Part shown: in pieces, positions 1 through 13,029 of the stretch | Numbering within the stretch: position 1 is the first letter of the stretch | Layout of the letters: every line of letters starts with the position of its first letter | DNA from: Eledone cirrhosa | Lineage: Eukaryota | Length of the DNA: 64,000 bases | NCBI GenBank assembly: GCA_964016885.1 | Contig: OZ024765.1 | Span: forward strand, 4,154,001 to 4,218,000 | Direction of reading: 5' to 3' | Program-made: the position numbers and the translations under genes | Notes under the pieces: model-generated | What the model was told of the DNA's origin: nothing | The model's database searches: none | The model's input: only the letters and a program-made list of their open reading frames with translations

Positions 1-7
1 ATATGTG

Positions 8-50
<43 letters not shown>

Positions 51-124
51 GCACATATATATATACATATATATATTCATATATATACATATATCTATCT
101 ATATACATACACACACATATATAT

Positions 125-162
<38 letters not shown>

Positions 163-198
163 CGTATATATATATATATATATGTGTATATATATATG

Positions 199-232
<34 letters not shown>

Positions 233-307
233 TATATATATACATATACATATATGTATTCATATATATACATATATCTATCTATATACATACACACACA
301 TATATAT

Positions 308-363
<56 letters not shown>

Positions 364-372
364 CATATATAT

Positions 373-408
<36 letters not shown>
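1..408. repeat. (TA)n/(CA)n compound microsatellite
   Basis: Alternating TA/CA tracts with an internal duplicated block; produces the YIYI ORFs. Confidence 0.95.
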
Positions 409-410
<2 letters not shown>

Positions 411-690
411 GGGATTCATTCATACTATAGAGAACACATCAAAGTATATTTGCTGGAGTGAGAGGAAAATTCAATACGTATCCATTAGAAAACTTCTGAA
501 AAATACTTTTTAATGGCAAATGTTAAGAAAAAATATTTCTAGGAATGCTCAATTTTTTCCATATCTTCGACATTAACCTTACCTGCTGTTAGCTGTATGG
601 TATTCATGTATTTATAAATACATCTTAAACTTACACTCTTATACATGAATATATATGTATGTATATATGTATATATATATATTATATATT

Positions 691-1274
691 TCGTTTCTGA
701 ATTTGTTTAGCAAGATTCTTTATCTGAAAACGTGTGTTGAAACCGATATTGTTATACTTTGGGAGGGTCATGTTGCCAATAAGAAACACACGCACCAGTT
801 GCTTTCACTTCAATTTATTATAATAAATTTATAAATTTAGGAATTTATAAATTTCCGGTTGGTTCCACAACCAGATGATTGTTTATATATTGTCAAAGTT
901 CTTTCGTCACACATTCTGTGACCTCTTCAGTGACTGGGGATTTTGTTTTTTGTTTTTGTGCCTCTCCTTTGTTCTGTCCTACGCCATCTTGTTTTTGTGT
1001 GTGTTGTGTGCTTAGTTTGCGCATGTGTTACATCTGGGTGTCTGTGTATGTTTATATTCATTTATTTATTTGTTTATTTACAAGTTACTGGTTGGTTGTT
1101 TGTTCTATGTGTGTGTGTGTTTTCATTTTGTCCTTAATTGTAAGTTGTGATGTTGCTGTTCCTGTTGTTGTCCTCAGCTCGTAATGGACATTTATACGGA
1201 ACAGGCTGTTCCATATAACCATGTCCATTACAAGCTGAGGAGCCGCTAAGGTGAACTAACTGTTGTGTAACCAC

Positions 1275-1280
<6 letters not shown>
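691..1280 (-). mobile_element. Penelope-like pLTR remnant, family P1
   Basis: Near-identical sequence at 14602-15022, related at 37955-38160 and 58681-58832; contains an HHR motif; bounded by (TA)n. Confidence 0.65.
892..934 (-). ncRNA. Minimal type I hammerhead ribozyme (P1)
   Basis: Minus strand GTCA-CTGAAGA-G-GTCACA gaatg TGTGAC-GAAAG aa CTT-TGAC; stem I GTCA/TGAC; one extra purine after A9. Confidence 0.7.
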
Positions 1281-1330
<50 letters not shown>

Positions 1331-1332
<2 letters not shown>

Positions 1333-1930
1333 GAATGTATGTATTGTATATTTAATAATATACTGTATGTTTATTTAAAAACATTTTGAAGGCCTTTTGC
1401 TATGAATTTAAGGTAGTGACTATATTCACATACCTAACTTCAGCAAAAATAAAGGGAAATAACTGATGACTGTTTCTCAATGTTTAGCGGTTATCAAGGT
1501 TATAAACCCCTCTGATTTTGCTGTGAATTATAAAATAGAAGTTGGATTCTTATAGAATACCAATCATGTTTGTGAGCTGTTTAAACTCATTAACATACAG
1601 AGTGGATGCCAAGCCAGCAACGATTAGAAATTTGTGTTCGTGCTCTGAAATAGTAATGTATATTTAATAACATACTGTATGTTTATTTAAAAACATTTTG
1701 AAGGCCTTTCTCTTTACTTTTGCTGAAGCTAGGTATGTGACTAAAAGGTCTTTAAAATGTTTTAAAATAAACATACAGTATATTATTAAATATGCAATAC
1801 AGACATTCATATATACATCGCTATTTCAGAACAGCAACACATATATTAAGAAGATAAATAATACATACATTCTTATATACATCGCTATTTCAGAGCACCA
1901 ACACACATATATATATATTAAGAAGATAAG
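1331..1930. repeat. Composite fold-back repeat between (TA)n tracts
   Basis: The block tactgtatgtttatttaaaaacattttgaaggcc occurs directly at ~1361 and ~1674 and inverted at ~1745-1780. Confidence 0.5.
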
Positions 1931-2208
1931 GTAGTATTCATTTTCTGTTGGTAAAAATCAAACTTGTGGAGTGATTATGGATCTGTTAATAAAGGGGCAA
2001 CTTACCATAAAGAACACTCCTCATGTCTAATTGAGTCCTGTAAGATAATATTCCTGGTGTTAATGTATGTATGTACTCCCGTTCTGCTGCCAGTTGCAGT
2101 AGAGCGCTTCGACGAGATAAAATACTGTACCAGTAACACACTGGGGTCGATTTAATCGAATTTTCCCTTCCCCACAAAATTGTTGGCTTTGTGCCTATAT
2201 CAGAAATC

Positions 2209-2480
2209 GGGCCTGCTTTGAGCATACACCTGTAGATTGGAGTAGAAAGACAGGGAGAGGACACTTTGCCCTAACGGACAGGGGGACTGTGCTTTTTTGT
2301 GGGATATCTACACGAGCGGCCCTCAGAGTCTTCTCACTTTTGGAGAAGTTATGTCTCTTTTATAGATTTTATTCCACACAAACAACAACCCACACTGTAT
2401 CGTCCTGTGCTGTTTTTAATGTTTCCTTAATGTGAGCCCTGTGTGGCTAATAAAGAAATCATTATTATTATTATTATTAT
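2209..2480 (+). mobile_element. LINE 3' end (L1/Tx1-like, tentative)
   Basis: Ends gtggctaataaagaaat followed by (ATT)n; the same terminus occurs twice inverted at 4981-5300. Confidence 0.4.
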
Positions 2481-2700
2481 GGGTTGGCAGTAGTATCGGT
2501 AGAAGGTCGGACGCCTTGCTTTGTAGCATAGAGTTACGGCCCTTTACGGTCTGAGTTCAAATCCCACCGAGGTTAACTTTGCCTTTCATCCTTACGGGGG
2601 TTGATAACATAAAGTACCAGTCATGGAATGGGGTAAATTTAATCGACTTTCCCCTCCTCCAAAATTGCTGGCGTTGTGCCTATATAAGAAACCATTATTA
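2480..2700 (+). mobile_element. SINE family B
   Basis: B-box-like gagttcaaatcc, central actttgcctttcatccttacgggg..gataa..aaagtaccag, 3' tgtgccta..agaaac and ATT tail; more than 12 copies in the window. Confidence 0.85.
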
Positions 2701-3077
2701 ATAGTAGTAGTAGTAGTATATGGTGAATTGGCAAAGTCGGTAGAGCATCCGACTCCATGGTTCACAGCATTTAATCAGGAACTATTACTATCTACAGGGA
2801 TACGACAAATTATTTACAATTCCCAATACACCATTGCTCAAATGTCTCATCTTTGATTTCTTTCACTAAAGCAATTTAGCTTCACTAATTTTTAATGAGT
2901 ATTTTCTCTCGTTAATTGCATTAATTAACCAATAATGTCACATTTTTGAAAAAGTTCGTTAAAAATCACTTCAAAACAACAGCTATTAATTTCATAAAAG
3001 ATATAATGACATTTTCTCAGTCGCAAAAATTTCATTTTGCTAAATTGATACACAATTGTACATTAGTGAATTTTTCA

Positions 3078-3145
3078 TATTACCCACTCTACTACCCCAA
3101 GTATTGAGTACTCTGGTGAGTAATGGTCTAACGGATTCCATTCTG
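3078..3145 (+). mobile_element. Isolated tail of fold-back family P3
   Basis: ttacccactctactaccccaagtattgagtactctggtg matches 49371-49410. Confidence 0.6.
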
Positions 3146-3153
3146 ATATCTAT

Positions 3154-3772
3154 CTAGGGTGGGTACAATTTCTGAGATCCATGGACAAGTTCTCTCCAGT
3201 GGTCTCTGTCCCTCATTATCGCTGCCATGTCCTGTGTCTCCCAGAGACCAATGTCTGTCCTTAGGGCATCAACATATGTCAACCTTCGTCTCCCTGTTCT
3301 AGTGTGTTCGTGTAGGGGCTCCCACAGGAGCACTGAGTGCAGTGTCAACTCTAAATGTCGGTGAGCATGTCCAGCTAACCTCTCAGTCTCCTCTGAGTCA
3401 CTTTTGAGCTGAATTTTGGGAGGTTCCCATACAGCTCTGAGTTTTTCATCCTCAGTGTAAACTGATTAATGTTCAGAGCCATCCTCAGCATTCTTGTGTA
3501 GCACCCATCCACCATCTGAGTGAGTTTCTTGGTCAGTGTCCAAGTCTCAGACCCGTACAGCAGCACAGACTCCACTACAGCAATGAAGAGGCGGATTTTC
3601 AGGTCTTTACGAAGGTCCGACTTCCACACCGATCTCAAACTGTGGCACGCCGCCCAGGCTTTGCTCTTCCTCTCCACCACATCTTCCTCTGTGTTCCCAA
3701 TCTTTGCTCCCAGATACAGGAAGTCCTCAACCAATTCTAGCGGCTTCCCGCCTACATTCATAATCATTCTGA
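3154..3772 (-). pseudogene. RTE-clade LINE, 3' fragment (end of RT plus C-terminus)
   Basis: VEDFLYLG, KIRLFIAVVESVLLYGSETW, RRLR, GRRRLTY and DRDHWR are typical RTE C-terminal motifs; frameshift near 3375. Confidence 0.9.
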
Positions 3773-4065
3773 TATACATATATATATATACATATGTATA
3801 TGTATGGTGGTGCTGGTGACACGACAAAAAGCACTCACTCCATATATACACACATACATACATGTATACATACATATACGCATACATATATACATACATA
3901 TACGTACATACACATAAATACACACATAAATATACACATAGATACATGACATTTATACATTATTATATGTACTATACATGCACCTTTGATGCATAAACAC
4001 ATACATACATAAACAAATACATATATACAAACACACATACATACATACATAAACACATACATACA

Positions 4066-4452
4066 ACATCTGGCAACTGACTTGGTAAACACCCACAAGA
4101 TTGTTAACCATGTTGCCAACAACAACCCTGAGTACCTTTTTGATTTCCATGTGTCTAACACACGTGGACATGCCCACAAAGTAAGAAAACAGCACAGCTC
4201 CCATGACTTTCGGAAACATTTTTTCACGCTCAGAGTTGCTGAAGCATGGAACAAACTACCTACATCAGTTGTTAGCTGTCGAGACACTGCCTCCTTTAAA
4301 ACCTCCATGGAACAAACTACCTGCATCAGTTGTTAGCTGTCGAGACACTACATCCTTTAAAACCTCCATGGAACAAACTACCTGCATCAGTTGTTAGCTG
4401 TCGAGACACTGCATCCTTTAAAACCTCCATGGAACAAACTACCTGCATCAGT
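4066..4452 (+). pseudogene. CR1-type LINE 3' end with 61-bp tandem amplification
   Basis: TRGHAHKV..RKHFFTLRVAEAWNKLP..VVS..SFK is the CR1 ORF2 terminus; catggaacaaactacc recurs at 4245, 4306, 4367 and 4428. Confidence 0.85.
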
Positions 4453-4519
4453 ACCCCCACCCCATCCACACCACCCCTTTCAATGTAAAGTTATGTTGGT
4501 ACCACAACATCCAGCCCGA

Positions 4520-4780
4520 AACAAATGAGGTCGTGTAGGTGTCATGACAAAAAAAAAACACACAGTCCACGCTGTAATGTGGCCGTGTAGGTAACACGGT
4601 AAAAACCTCCCAGTCCCACACTGTAAATGTGGTTGGTGTTAGGAAGGGCATCCAACTGTAGAAAACCTGCCAGACAGTCCTATGTGAGCAAGACAACCAA
4701 TCTTGCCTCAAGTGGGAAAACTCCCGTCCAAACCCATGCAAGCGTGGAAGATGGACGTTAAACGATGATGATGATGATGT
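4520..4780 (+). mobile_element. SINE family A variant, 5'-truncated
   Basis: ggtgttaggaagggcatcca body and RTE-like tail aacccatgcaagcgtggaagatggacgt plus (ATG)n. Confidence 0.75.
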
Positions 4781-4899
4781 GTATATATATATATATATAA
4801 TATTTTCCTTTGCTTTTACTTTTTCTTCGGAAATACGCTACATACGCCCCCCCCCCACACACATATGTATATATATACATACATATATATATATAAATA

Positions 4900-4912
4900 A
4901 ATAAATAAATAA

Positions 4913-4962
<50 letters not shown>

Positions 4963-5297
4963 GGATAGATAGATAGATAGATTTCTTTATTAGCCACAAG
5001 GGCGCAACAAGAAAAGGGGACAATACAAAGACATGCCGGGGATTTTACATACAGTCGTGTAAAAAATATAAAAACAAACAATTTCAACAATCGAAATCCC
5101 CAATAGGGGGGAGGCGCCACAAATGGGTTGTTTAATACCCCATAGATAGAACAACCCTCAACTCCAGGAGCTTGTTGTGCAAGTGCTCCTTTCTTCCTTT
5201 TGCTCTCTTCCTCAACCTACAGGCTTATAAACAGAGAAGGCCCAATATAGATAGATATATTTCTTTATTAGCCACAGGGGCACAAAAGAAGGGGACA

Positions 5298-5335
<38 letters not shown>

Positions 5336-5345
5336 GGATGGATGG
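4900..5345 (-). mobile_element. Two LINE 3' termini with (GATA)n tails
   Basis: atttctttattagccaca at 4981 and ~5258, reverse complement of the 2440-2460 terminus. Confidence 0.5.
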
Positions 5346-6372
5346 AGAGATAATAAAGGTAGAATATGCTTTAGACATCTAATAAGTAATCTATCTGGAA
5401 TCAATCGAGCCATAGTTATCCCAATAACATACTGATGTTAAATGAAGCAGCAAGAGAAAGTTATTGTTTCTGGAAGGTCTTTGGTTTGTCACTAAACAGA
5501 CCGCGTCATTAATCACTGATGTTACTGAAGAGTTGAATAACTTGATAGAGAGAATATAACTTTGAGGGGGAGGGAGAGGAGAGAGGGGGAGGGAGAGAGG
5601 GGGGGAGGAGAGAGAGAGAAAGTGAGAAAGATCTATATATATATAGAAAGGGAGAGAGAGAGTGAGAAAGATATAGAGAGAGAAGAGAGAAAGAAGTGAG
5701 ATTAAGTGTGGAAAAAAGAGAGAGAGAGAGAGAAGAGAGAAAGAAAGATAAAGTGTGAGAAAGAAGAGAGAAAGAGAGAAAGAAAAAGTGAGAGAGGGAA
5801 GAGTACGATAGAGAGAAAGAAGGAAAAAGATAAAAAAAGAAAAATATTTATTCATTTATTTATTTAGAAATTAAGGCTTTATGAGGCTTAACGATTTCAG
5901 TTTTGGACAATTTCAGTTTCCAGAGACAAACATGAAAATGTTCATATATCATAATTCTTCTCTCACCACCACCCCTCACACCCACATCCCTAGATCTACC
6001 TCCCAATCCTCACACACCTCCCCCACCTAAGTTTACAGTCAACACAGTAAAGTGGTCGTGTAGGTGTCACGACAAAAAGCACCCAGTCCACGCTGTAAAG
6101 TGGTCATGTAGGTGTCACAACAAAAAGCACACAGTCCACACTGTAAAGATATCACAACAAAAAGTGCTCAGTTCACACTGTAAAGTGGTTACGTAGGAGT
6201 CACAACAACTTTGAAAACAGGCGAAAATATATGGCTTTCTGAATGTTTACTTATAAACATACCGTATTTCTTTAGAAGTGCGAAATTCAAATACATATAT
6301 GTATACGGCTATGTTCAAAGCTAAATTCTAATTCCATTTTATATATTTATATATATGTATGTATATATATAT

Positions 6373-6666
6373 AGGAGGAAGTTATAGTTCACTTGAAGCA
6401 TTGTGTAATGAGGTATAAACGTTTGTATATGTATAATAAAGCCAAAACAGTGCAGGTATGGACATAGAATAAAGAATGCAAATGCAAAAGATATTGTTGA
6501 CAATTAGTCTTTTACCTTAGATTTATTTAAATGTCCTAAGTAAGGACATTTAAATAAATCTAAGGTAAAAGACTAATTGTCAACAATATCTTTTGCATTT
6601 GCATTCTTTATTCTATGTCCATACCTGCATTGTTTTGGCTTTATTATACATATACAAACGTTTATA
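6373..6666. repeat. Long fold-back insert (~124-bp arms) in (TA)n
   Basis: Arms 6414-6537 and 6543-6666 nearly perfectly complementary, 5-nt loop; one arm has a ~40-nt unpaired tail. Confidence 0.9.
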
Positions 6667-6700
6667 TATATATATATATTTCTATATATGTTTATATATA

Positions 6701-6839
<139 letters not shown>

Positions 6840-7199
6840 ATATATATATATATTCATGATATTGAGAATAAAATATTTCTATATCTATATACGCGCTCAC
6901 ACACACACATATATATATATATGTATGTATATGTATATATAATAATATATATATATATATGTATAAATAATTGTTTCTACTTTAGGCACAAGGCCAGCAA
7001 TTATCCCAGTGCATTACTGGTACTTTATTTTATCGACCCCGTAAGGATGAAAGGCAAAGTCAACCTCGGCGGAATATAAATGATAAGGTGAATATACAAC
7101 ACAAGGGAGACGTATCACATGTTATATAGAAGGTAAATATAATAGAGAGGGAAATATAGGTGATGAAAGGTATCTTATTGGAGATATGATATTACTGAG

Positions 7200-7940
7200 G
7201 TGAGGAGGAGGAGAGAGAGAGGGGGGGAGAGAGGGGGGAGAGAGGGGGTGAGAGTGAGAGAGGGTGAGAGAGAGAGGGTGAGAGGGTGAGAATGAGAGGG
7301 TGAGAAAGAGGGAGTGAGAGGGTGAGAGTGAGAGGGTGAGAAAGAGGGAGTGAGAGTGAGAGAGGGTGAGAGAGAGGGGGTGAGAGAGAGGGGGTGAAAG
7401 TGAGAGAGGGTGATAGAGAGGGGGTGAGAGAGAGAGAGGGTGAGAGAGAGGGGGTGAGAGAGAGAGGGTGAGAGAGAGGGGGTGAGAGAGAGAGGGTGAG
7501 AGAGAGAGGGTGAGAGAGAGAGGGTGAGAGAGAGAGGGTGAGAGAGAGAGGGTGAGAGAGAGGGGGTGAGAGAGAGAGGGATGAGAGTGAGAGAGGGTGA
7601 GAGAGAGAGGGGGAGAGAGAGGGGGTGATAGTGAGAGAGGGTGAGAGGGTGAGGGTGAGAGAGAGAGGGTGAGGGTGAGAGTGAAAGAGGGTGAGAGTGA
7701 GAAAGGGTGAGAGTGAGAGAGGGTGAGAGTGAGAAAGGGTGAGAGAGAGAGAGTGAGAAAGGGTGAGAGAGAGAGAGTGAGAAAGGGTGAGAGAGAGAGG
7801 GTGAGAGAGCGAGAGAGATATGATGAAAGGTGTCTTAATTGGAGAGACAATATTACTGAGGAGAGGTGGAGGAGGAGGGAGAGGAAGAGAGAGAGAGGGG
7901 TGAGAGAGAGAGGGGTGAGAGAGAGAGGGAGAGAGAATAA
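7200..7940. repeat. GA-rich low-complexity tract (GAGAGGGT)n
   Basis: Purine-rich repeat; flanking ~40-bp direct repeat at 7161 and 7821. Confidence 0.9.
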
Positions 7941-8013
7941 TAGAAAAAGTGATAAAGATAGATAAATAAATAATTCTAGAAAAAGAGAGTGAGTGGAAGG
8001 GGTGAGGGTGATA

Positions 8014-8068
<55 letters not shown>

Positions 8069-8087
8069 ATATGTATATTTTTTTTGT

Positions 8088-8403
8088 TGATGTGTTGTTT
8101 CCTTGAGCAAGACACTTTATTTCACATTGCTCCAGTTTACTCAGCTGTAGAAATTAGATGATAGGGACTGGGTGTCCCTATCATTCCACTGCAAAGTGGT
8201 CGTGGAGGTGCCACGGCAAAAAAAGCACTCAGCCCACACTGTAAAGTGGACATGTAGGTGGCACGGCAAAAAAGCACCCAGCACTCACTGTAAATGAGGT
8301 TGGTGTTAGGAAGGGCATCCAGCTGTAGAAATCAAGCTAGAATCAGTTCCCGTCCCACCCTTGCAAGCAGGGAAAAGTGGACGTAAAATGATGATGATGA
8401 TGA

Positions 8404-8407
<4 letters not shown>
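8088..8407 (+). mobile_element. SINE family A, 5'-truncated
   Basis: ccttgagcaagacacttt through cccacccttgcaagcagggaaaag and (ATG)n; internal ~47-bp duplication. Confidence 0.9.
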
Positions 8408-8447
<40 letters not shown>

Positions 8448-9066
8448 ACACACACATATGTACATACACACACACATATGTATATGTATACACACACACA
8501 TATGTATATGTATACACACACACGCACACAAACATTAACAGATAGGTAGAAATGCGAAAATTTATGTAGAGGAAATTATCAGATAGTAAGTTCATCCTCT
8601 TAAAAGGATCAGATAGATGCATTATGGGTAAATAATATACTGACAGTTACCCTTTGAAAATCCCTTCTAAATTTCCACATGATGTATCTATGAAAGTCAA
8701 TAGGGAGAATAAAAATGGATTTATCTAAATCTGTATTGCTGAAATTATGCTTCATTAAAGATTTTTCTCTCTCTAGCAGCCAGCTGTTATTTTACTCAAC
8801 AAAATGGCCTTTATTCGATACACATTCTAAAAGATACAAAATAAATGATGTTGTTCCAATGCAAATGATTACAACAATATTTCTTCTTCTTGTCGTGTCC
8901 ACAAGAGTGTCAGTTACAAAGCTTGGCTAGATGTGCTAAACACATTGCTGTCCTTTCTCATTAAACTCTGCCAAGTCCAATGCTGCGTAGGGGTGTCCCA
9001 GCTGTCTACTTTATGTCAACCCTCGTGGTTAATAAACAAATTATTATTATTATTATTATTATTATT

Positions 9067-9287
9067 ATGCAGTGGTTTAGCAGTATCGGTAGAGGGTCAG
9101 ATGCCATGCTTTGCAGCATATAGTTATGTCCCTTTACGTTCTGAGTTCAAATCCTGCTGAGGTTAACTTTGCCTTTCATCTTTACAGGGTCGATAAAATA
9201 AAGCACCAGTAATGTACTGGGGTCGATTTAATAGACTTTCCCCTCCCCCCAAATTACTGGCCTTGTGCCTATACTAGAAATTATTAT
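9067..9287 (+). mobile_element. SINE family B
   Basis: Full head, body and tail, matching 2480-2700. Confidence 0.85.
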
Positions 9288-9479
9288 ATTAATATATAAT
9301 CAATTTTATTTTTTCATTTCACATGAAAGCAGCTAAGAAATATCCAATTATAAATAGTTAATTGTATGTCAGGTGTGCAGCTGGTCAGCTAGAATTTGTT
9401 ATTTTGTTGCATATTGTAAACCATTGTTTTCTTTGAGCCCTTGGTCTGCCCTGGTCAAGCAGATCTATTTATTTATTTA

Positions 9480-9968
9480 TCTATACACAAGTACATATAA
9501 CTTATACATAAGTATATATGGTAACTTATACACGAGTATATAGAGTAACCTATACACAAGTATATATATAGTAGATTGTACAAAAAGTGTAACTTATACA
9601 CAAGTATACATAGTACCTTATACACAAGTATATATAACTTATACATAAGTATATATAGTAACTTATACACAAGTATATAGAGTAACTTATACACAAGTAT
9701 ATATAGTAGATTGTACAAAAGGTGTAACTTATACACAAGTATATATAGTAGATTGTACAAAAGCTGTAACTTATACATAAGTATATATAGTAACTTATAT
9801 ACAAGTATATATAGTAGATTGTACTAAGGGTGTAACTTATACATAAGTATATATAGTAACTTATACACAAATATATATAGTAGATTGTACTAAGGATGTA
9901 ACTTATACATAAGTATATATAGTAACTTATACACAAGTATATATAGTAGATTGTACTAAGGGTGTAAC
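9480..9968. repeat. Minisatellite (acttatacacaagtatatatagta, ~24 bp, with longer variants)
   Basis: Tandem units, some with an added gattgtac...gtgta block. Confidence 0.9.
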
Positions 9969-10103
9969 AATCCACCGCTCTGATGATGATGATGATAACA
10001 ACAACAACAACAACAACAACAGCAGAAGAAAAAAAAAGAAATATTTAGGCAAAGTTTGCTTCAGATTTCACTTGATTATAAAACCCAGCAAAAAAAAAAA
10101 AAG

Positions 10104-10496
10104 ATAATGTTTCTACTATTGGCACAAGGCCAGCAATTACCCCAGTGTATTACTGGTATTTTATTTTAACGACCCCATAAGGATGAAAGGCAAAGTTAAC
10201 CTCGGCGGGATTTGAACTCAGAATGGCAAGGGCCATAACTCCATGCGTCAAAGCATGGCATCCAACCCTCTACCGATACTGCCAATCCACCGCCCAATGC
10301 TAATGGTAATAATTGTTTCTACTTTAGGCACAAGGCCAGCAATTATCCCAGTGCATTACTGGTACTTTATTTTTTATCGACCCCGTAAGGATGAAAGGCA
10401 AAGTCAATCTCGGCGGGATTTGAACTCAGATCGTAAAGGTACGTAATTATGCTGGAAAGCATGGCGTCCGACCCTCTACCGATACTGCCAATCCAT
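10104..10496 (-). mobile_element. Two tandem SINE B copies
   Basis: Copies at ~10104-10296 and ~10307-10496. Confidence 0.85.
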
Positions 10497-10759
10497 GGTA
10501 ATAATGTTTCTTGATAGAGACAACACAGCTCCCTTGTATTGTGAGCTTACTACTAACTTTGGAGGCAAAAAAAATATGTAGGAAAATTTTGTTTTGAGAT
10601 TTTACTTTGATTAGCTTAATGTAAAAGTTGTGTTAGTTTTGAGGTTTATAAAGTTTAATCCTGGCTATCAGACTGTGAGAGATGTTAAACCTCATTGCAG
10701 AGATAATAGCATTTTATGGCTTACAAGCTTCCAAGTAAATTTTATTTTATTCTAGCATA

Positions 10760-11318
10760 CCACCAGCAACTCCACCACCACCAACACCACTGCCACAACC
10801 AGCAACACCAAGAGACACCACCACCAAAACAACTACCACCGGCACCACCAAGAAAACCACCACTATCACCACCAAGACAACCACCATCATCACCACCAAC
10901 ACACCACCACCACCACCAGCACCACCACCAACGCCGACACCAAGACACCACCAGCACCAGCACCACCAAGACAACTGCCAGCGCCACTAACACCACCACC
11001 ACCACCAACAACAACAGCACCAGCACCACCAACGCCAACACCATCACCACCACCACCAACAACACCACCACCAACACCAAGACACCACCACTAGCACCAA
11101 CATCCCCAAGACAACCACAGCCACCAGCACCACCACACAACAACCACCACCACCACCACCACCACCACACAACAACCACCACCACCACCACCACCAGCAC
11201 CACCACACAACAACCACCACCACCACACAACAACCACCACCACCACCAGCACCACCACACAACAACCACCACCAGCACCACCACACAACCACAACCGCCA
11301 CCACCACCAACACCACCA
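10760..11318. repeat. (CAC/CAA)n trinucleotide tract
   Basis: Degenerate CAC repeats. Confidence 0.95.
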
Positions 11319-11349
11319 TATTTAATGGAATATTTTTTTTTTCTTATGT

Positions 11350-11464
11350 CTACATAGGATGACATGATTGGTGATGAGTTCAGTGTGGTGCTGTGATTGC
11401 TGATCACTTTAGTGTGGTGTTTACGTGATGGTGTTTCTTTAATGGCTTTTTCTTCTAAGCAATT
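11350..11464 (-). CDS. Candidate exon C of an unknown minus-strand gene (3' end uncertain)
   Basis: Acceptor ttttttcatcttgatccaag; phase 0; NCLEEKAIKETPSRKHHTKVISNHSTTLNSSPIMSS; frame stays open to 10742. Confidence 0.3.
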
Positions 11465-11698
11465 CTTGGATCAAGATGAAAAAATAATGAAAATAAAATA
11501 AAATAAAAATAAAATACAATATAATGTAATAAATGTAATAAAATGTAATAAAATGTAATAAAATGTACCAGGAACCAAGGATTATTTAAGAAAACTTTTT
11601 ATTTACTGCTGTTGTGTTAATGAGTTTTATTGTTATTTCCGATATAATATATATATATATATACATATAGATATATATATATACATATACACACACAG

Positions 11699-11783
<85 letters not shown>

Positions 11784-11918
11784 TTCCTACATATATATAT
11801 ACACGCACACAGATATATATATATATGTATATACGTTATTCCGGGTTGAATCGGAGGTAACCACAGTAAGTAAGGTACTCAATACATTGCAGAGTATAAA
11901 AGTTTTAATATAGATGAG

Positions 11919-11966
11919 ATTCTACAGGACTAGAACTGTTTCATTCTTTTAGAAATCATCAGGAAT
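11919..11966 (-). ncRNA. Type I hammerhead ribozyme (P2, left arm)
   Basis: Mirror image of the 11965-12011 motif with an intact core. Confidence 0.65.
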
Positions 11967-12011
11967 TCCTGATGATTTCGAAAGAATGAAACAGTTCTAG
12001 TCCTGTAGAAT
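11965..12011 (+). ncRNA. Type I hammerhead ribozyme (P2, right arm)
   Basis: ATTC-CTGATGA-tTTC gaaa GAAt-GAA-ACAG ttctagtc CTGT-A-GAAT; GUA cleavage triplet. Confidence 0.7.
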
Positions 12012-12147
12012 CTCATCTATATTAAAACTATATATGTATATATATATATACATATATACACATTTATATCTTTATATATATATGTGTATATATATATACA
12101 TATATACACATTTATATCTTTATATATATATGTGTATATATATATAC

Positions 12148-12178
<31 letters not shown>

Positions 12179-12397
12179 CATACATATATATGTATATATA
12201 CATACATATATATATGTATATATATATACATATATATATGTATATATATATACATACATATATATGTATATATATATACATATATATGTATATATATATA
12301 TACATACATACATATATATATATATATACATAAATATATATACATATACACACACATATATATATATATATACACATACATATATATATATATATAT

Positions 12398-12445
<48 letters not shown>

Positions 12446-12498
12446 TCATTTTACGTCCGCTTTTCCCTGCTTCCATATATATATATACACGCACACAT

Positions 12499-12541
<43 letters not shown>

Positions 12542-12551
12542 AGACATATAC

Positions 12552-12631
12552 TGAATGTATTTTAAACCTGTTTGGCTTCTTTCCCTCATTGTTATATTTT
12601 AAAACCATCTTCTTTTGGTAAAACTTCTTCT
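12552..12631 (-). CDS. Candidate exon B of an unknown minus-strand gene
   Basis: ag|AG..TCA|gtatat, 80 nt, phase 1 to 0, (E)[26 protein letters not shown]; unique island between microsatellites. Confidence 0.35.
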
Positions 12632-12865
12632 CTTGATATTTAAATTTGATGAGAAACCAAGGAATTAAATGTATGTGTGTCTAAGTATGTGTGTATGTGT
12701 GTGTGCATATGTGTGTCTATGAATGTGTGTTTGTGTGTGTATATCTCTGTGTTTGTGTTTATGTGTGTGTCTATATGTGAATGTGTGTGTGTTTATGTGT
12801 GAGTGTGTGTGTGTCTATATGTGTGCGTGCTTATTTGTGTCTATGTATGTGTGTGTGTGTCTGTG

Positions 12866-13017
12866 TCCTATCATCTCATTTCTACAACTGAGTAAACTGG
12901 AGCAATGTGAAATAAAGTGTCTTGCTCAAGGAAACAACACATCACCCAGTCTGAGAATTGAACTCACAACCTTTCAATTGCAAGGCCAATGCTCTAACCA
13001 CTAAGCCATGTGCCTCC
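12866..13017 (-). mobile_element. SINE family A, head half
   Basis: tRNA-like head ggaggcacatggcttagtggttagagc..gagttcaattc. Confidence 0.85.
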
Positions 13018-13029
13018 ATATATATATAT

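Larger units (their letters stand above)
11832..12029. mobile_element. Fold-back PLE-like insert, family P2
   Basis: Palindrome 11901-12029 centred on GAATTC (11963-11968), ~70-nt tail on the left arm, (TA)n on both sides. Confidence 0.8.

Noticed and set aside
1463-1500. CTGATGA as an HHR core
   Set aside because: No stem II followed by GAAA downstream.
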